Positions 60,206 to 64,000 of a DNA stretch of 64,000 nucleotides are shown here, in pieces (the first letter of the stretch is position 1; every line of letters starts with the position of its first letter). Origin of the DNA: Mytilus trossulus (taxonomy: Eukaryota); contig NC_086380.1 in assembly GCF_036588685.1 (NCBI RefSeq), positions 34,658,001 through 34,722,000 on the forward strand, in the 5' to 3' direction. A model generated the notes under the pieces. The model made no database searches. It was not told the origin of the DNA and worked only from the letters and a program-made list of their open reading frames with translations. The position numbers and the translations under genes are program-made.

Positions 60206-61297
60206 AACTAGAGGCTCTAAAGAGCCTGTGTCGCTCACCTTGGTATATGTGAATATTCAACAGAGGACACAGATGGATTCGTGACAAAATTGTGTTTTGG
60301 TGATGGTGATGTGCTTGTAGATCTAACTTTACTGAACATTCTTGCTGCGTACATATATCACCATCTATAATGATTGGACCAGTAGTTTCAGTTGAAAGTG
60401 TTAGTAAAAATTTACAAATTTTATGAAAATTGTTTAAAATTGACTATCGATTTGTCTGATTTGTCTGAAATTTTCAGGGCAGATAGATCTTGACATGATA
60501 AACAATTTAACCCCATGCCAGTTTTGCTCTTAATGCTTTTGTTTTTGAGTAATAAGCCAAAAACTGCATTTTACCCCATGTTCTATTTTTAGCCATGGTC
60601 GCCATCTTGGTTGGTTTGACGGGTCAACGGACACAATTTTTACCCAAATGATGATTGTGGCCAAGTTTGGTTAAATTTGGCCCTGTAGTTTCAGAGGAGA
60701 AGATTTTTGTAAAAGATTAATAAGATTTACGAAAAATGGTTAAAAATTGACTATAAAGGGCAATAACTCCTAAAGGGGTCATTTGACCATTTCGGTCATG
60801 TTGACTTATTTGTAAATCTTATTTTGCTGAACATTATTACTGTTTACAGTTTATCTCTATCAATAATATTATTCAAGATAATAACCAAAAACATCAAAAT
60901 TTCCTTAAAATTACCAATTTAGGGGTAGCAACCCAACAACAGGTTGTTCGATTCATCTGAAATTTTCAGAGCAGATAGATCTTGACCTTATAAACAATTT
61001 TACCCCATGTCAGAATTGCTCTAAATGCTTTGGTTTTTGAGTTATAAGCCAAAAACTGCATTTTACCCCTATGTTCTATTTTTAGCCATGGCGGCCATCT
61101 TGGTTGGTTGACCGGGTCACCGGACACAATTTTTAAACTAGATACCCCAATGATGATTGTGGCCAAGTTTGGTTTAATTTGGCCCAGTAGTTTCAGAGGA
61201 GAAGATTTTTGTAAAAGTTAACGCAGGACGACGACAGACGCCGGACGCAAAGTGATGAGAAAAGCTCACTTGGCCCTTCGGGCCAGGTGAGCTAAAA
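60206..61297 (+). mobile_element. Helentron/HINE-like non-autonomous element with internal duplication
   Basis: 5' hairpin AGGCTCTAAAGAGCCT plus GCTCACCT; internal repeat at about 60465-60720 and 60955-61220; GACG microsatellite; 3' hairpin AGCTCACTTGGCCC-TTC-GGGCCAGGTGAGCT; A-rich flanks. Confidence 0.75.
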
Positions 61298-62637
61298 ACA
61301 TATATGCATATTTTTTTTTTAATTTGAAGTTTCAAATGACTTGAACAATGTTGAATAAATATTTTATCAAACACAATTTCTGCTACCAACTTTAATCCAA
61401 TCTCCCCTCCATATAATTAGAAAAATGTTTACCTATAATTACATATGTATTCAATACACCAGTATGTACTAGTGTTGATGTTAATTATACAAATAGTAGT
61501 AAATGTATTACATTAAATTATATAGTATGGTATAAGATGGTATAAGGTCTCAGATGTGTTTCTCACTTCACCACACTGATAAATAGGATTACTTCATTCA
61601 GCCAGACAATGTTACATTGATTTTCAGACTACGGTCATAGCTTAGCTTATAAAAGATATAAAGAGACACGTAGAAGTCAACTCAATAGTCCACTGGTATC
61701 TGACTTATTATCATCATGTCTGATGATCATAGGTTACGAAACATTTAAAGGGACACCTACAGTCATCTCAATCACTGTGTTCAGACTTTATTTTCAAGGC
61801 CTATTAAAAATTACTTTCTATCAAAACTATTGTGTATCAGTACTTTAATCCTATTTAATGCAATAGGTGAAGAGAGGAGTTTATCCGACAGCATTCGCCA
61901 CACAGCAATTTTCAAAGCTTGGACGGTGTTGTTTTTCATCATGTTCATGTGATCCAACTGTGTTTTGAAATTCTATTTTGTTTCTTAACAAATTCTATCT
62001 TATTAAAATCCTGTGAAAAATGCAGTCTTCAAATCTCACCACTTATCAACCCCACCGTGCCTACATACCAATTTGTTAATTTGTTAATTTAAACTGTTAA
62101 ATTATTAACTGTACAGTGCCAAAGTAAATTATGATAATTTTGGATAAATAAATAAGGACCTGACCACACATTAATTACATTTCAATTAACATATATTAAG
62201 TACTGTTTGTGGTTGAATGACAACAAAACCAATTGTCATTAAAAGGTGATTTCATTATAGATTGTGAAAAAAAGATAAAATTTGTAACAGTCAATCATAC
62301 AATCAGGGGAAAGCGTAAAAAAAAAGCTTCACGCTTTACTTTTCAGTCTACAAGCCAGACGCTCATCTTTTGGTAAATTTTATATTCTGTTAGCTTGTAG
62401 AGAAGAATTTTACAAGCCAGAGAGGAATTTTACAGTCAATGTCGTAGGACTTGTGGTTAAGTGTGAAGACTGTTCATGTACCATAATAATAGGCAGCAAT
62501 GGGCAGAAAAATAGAATGCTGGGCAAGGTCAAATATGTTCCTTGATTGATGTATGCAAACAGACCTCTAGTGTAGCAAGAACAGCTTACAGTACCCTTCA
62601 ACAGGTTCTACAGCACCAAAATCATTCAAGGTTTTAA

Positions 62638-62853
62638 GGAGGTAGACCTAGGTTAAGGGAAATAACTCTTAAAATCATCAGTACGTTTGTGTCAACCATG
62701 TTCCCTAAATATATTCTAAGCTTCTAGGTTACATAGATTATTTCCAATCTATTTCAGGTAAATGCTTATATTAAAATACATTGATGATACTTGACTTTTA
62801 CAAACACATAACTGATATAAAGAGTTATCTCCCTGAACCAAGGTCTACCCCCC
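62638..62853. mobile_element. TTAA-flanked MITE (Kolobok-like GG termini)
   Basis: TTAA-GGAGGTAGACCTAGGTTAAGGGAAATAACTCTT..AAGAGTTATCTCCCTGAACCAAGGTCTACCCCCC-TTAA. Confidence 0.75.
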
Positions 62854-63703
62854 TTAAATGGTCATGTTACTCAATTTTTAATTTCTGTGTAATGTTTCAT
62901 CAAAGAAGATTTTTCCAATCATCTTTTTCACATTATACCAACGGAATGTCAGTCTTTCTTAAACTTGTGGGTCTTTTTTTACTGTAAGTATTTAGTATTG
63001 CAATTTCGGGTAAATCTGCATACAATTACATGTTTATAAATTGGATATTGAAATGTGAGTTCTCACCCAGATTTATTTTTCTCATTATGAAAATCTCGCA
63101 AATTTTTTTGAATGAACAGTACTCCTTGGTAAGCTCTACTATAAAATCTTTCTTACATAATTGTACATATAATGGAATAACTGTTTCAAATGTATATGTT
63201 ACCTCCATACATGTCTCAAATATTACATGTATTTACATGTTATAAGATGTAATTTTCTCATCAACATGATCAATTCAAACAATTCTCACACCTTAAAATG
63301 ACATAGTATTTGTTTAAAAAAAAAAAAAAAAAACTCATTTAAATTACATGCAAAACAAGTAAAGTGAGGATAAATTAAATATGTGTGAATTTAATCTATC
63401 AAAATAAATAACATTCAAAATGATATTCAAGGAATTTCATCTGTGCTTGACACATTCACTTTGATTTTGTTTCTTTCAAATAGTTGTCAAAGTACATAAA
63501 GTACATCTAAAGTCTAAACTAGTATTAAGTGTTTGGACAAAAAAGTACCAATTCATGAAATTATAGAGTTTGTAGTAACACATAATACAATTACCCAGGA
63601 GATGTTACTTGCTATATATGTAATCATAATGCTTGTTAGGGACACCATCACGCGCTGCTGGAATTGGTACTTTTCCGAACTTCGTGATATATAGTATACA
63701 ATG

Positions 63704-64000
63704 TAGGGTTCTCGGTAAGGATTTTTGAAGGCGAGTCCAGGGACTCGTCATTTTTGGCCATGATGAGTCCAACAGCAAGAAGAATATATTTTATTGCAAT
63801 ATAATGTAATATTTTATACTCCATGGCCTAACAGAGCAATGAAAGGACATTAAATTCAGATTACTTTTTAAACTTTTGCTATAAAATGATGATATTAGTG
63901 TTTAACGGTGTTCAGTTGATACAAAATTTTACAATCTTTGCATCTGTGGACTCGCCAGTTTTGAAAATGGTGAGTCCAGACAGATTTTGATGAGTCCAGG
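63704..64000. mobile_element. Probable left end of a DNA transposon with repeated GAGTCC/GGACTC motifs, cut by the window edge
   Basis: TAGGGTTCTCG start and several GAGTCCA/GGACTCG motifs. Confidence 0.35.

Noticed and set aside
58800-64000. Upstream PPTC7 exons (GEDA.F and GVADGVGGW motifs)
   Set aside because: Not found on the minus strand by eye; presumably beyond position 64000.

Overview
AT-rich, intron-containing animal genomic DNA. The repeat landscape resembles a bivalve mollusc such as Mytilus, which is an inference. The supplied ORF track is mostly noise, so I spliced the genes by hand. (1) Plus strand, 5854-41277: a natriuretic-peptide-receptor-type membrane guanylyl cyclase. It has 24 coding exons with consistent intron phases, about 975 aa, comprising an ANF-receptor ectodomain, one TM helix, a kinase-homology domain, a coiled coil and a GTP-type class III cyclase domain. 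The signal-peptide exon was not found in the window. (2) Minus strand, 56055-58790: the last four coding exons of a PTC7/PPTC7 PP2C phosphatase, convergent with the cyclase; its 5' exons are probably beyond the window end. Introns and the intergenic gap hold many non-autonomous elements: hairpin MITEs with 7-8 bp TSDs, elements with TTAA, TTA or TA TSDs, Helentron/HINE-like elements, SINE-like families, a 354-bp-unit dispersed repeat and a Penelope-like RT relic. The most unusual observations are a 29-bp minisatellite of about 39 copies built from the cyclase's own exon/intron junction (an array of decoy 5' splice sites), an in-frame TGA directly after the best acceptor of the first visible exon, and two apparently identical 663-bp TIR elements flanking a 743-bp spacer like a composite transposon. 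No prokaryote-type systems, rRNA, tRNA or CRISPR arrays were seen.
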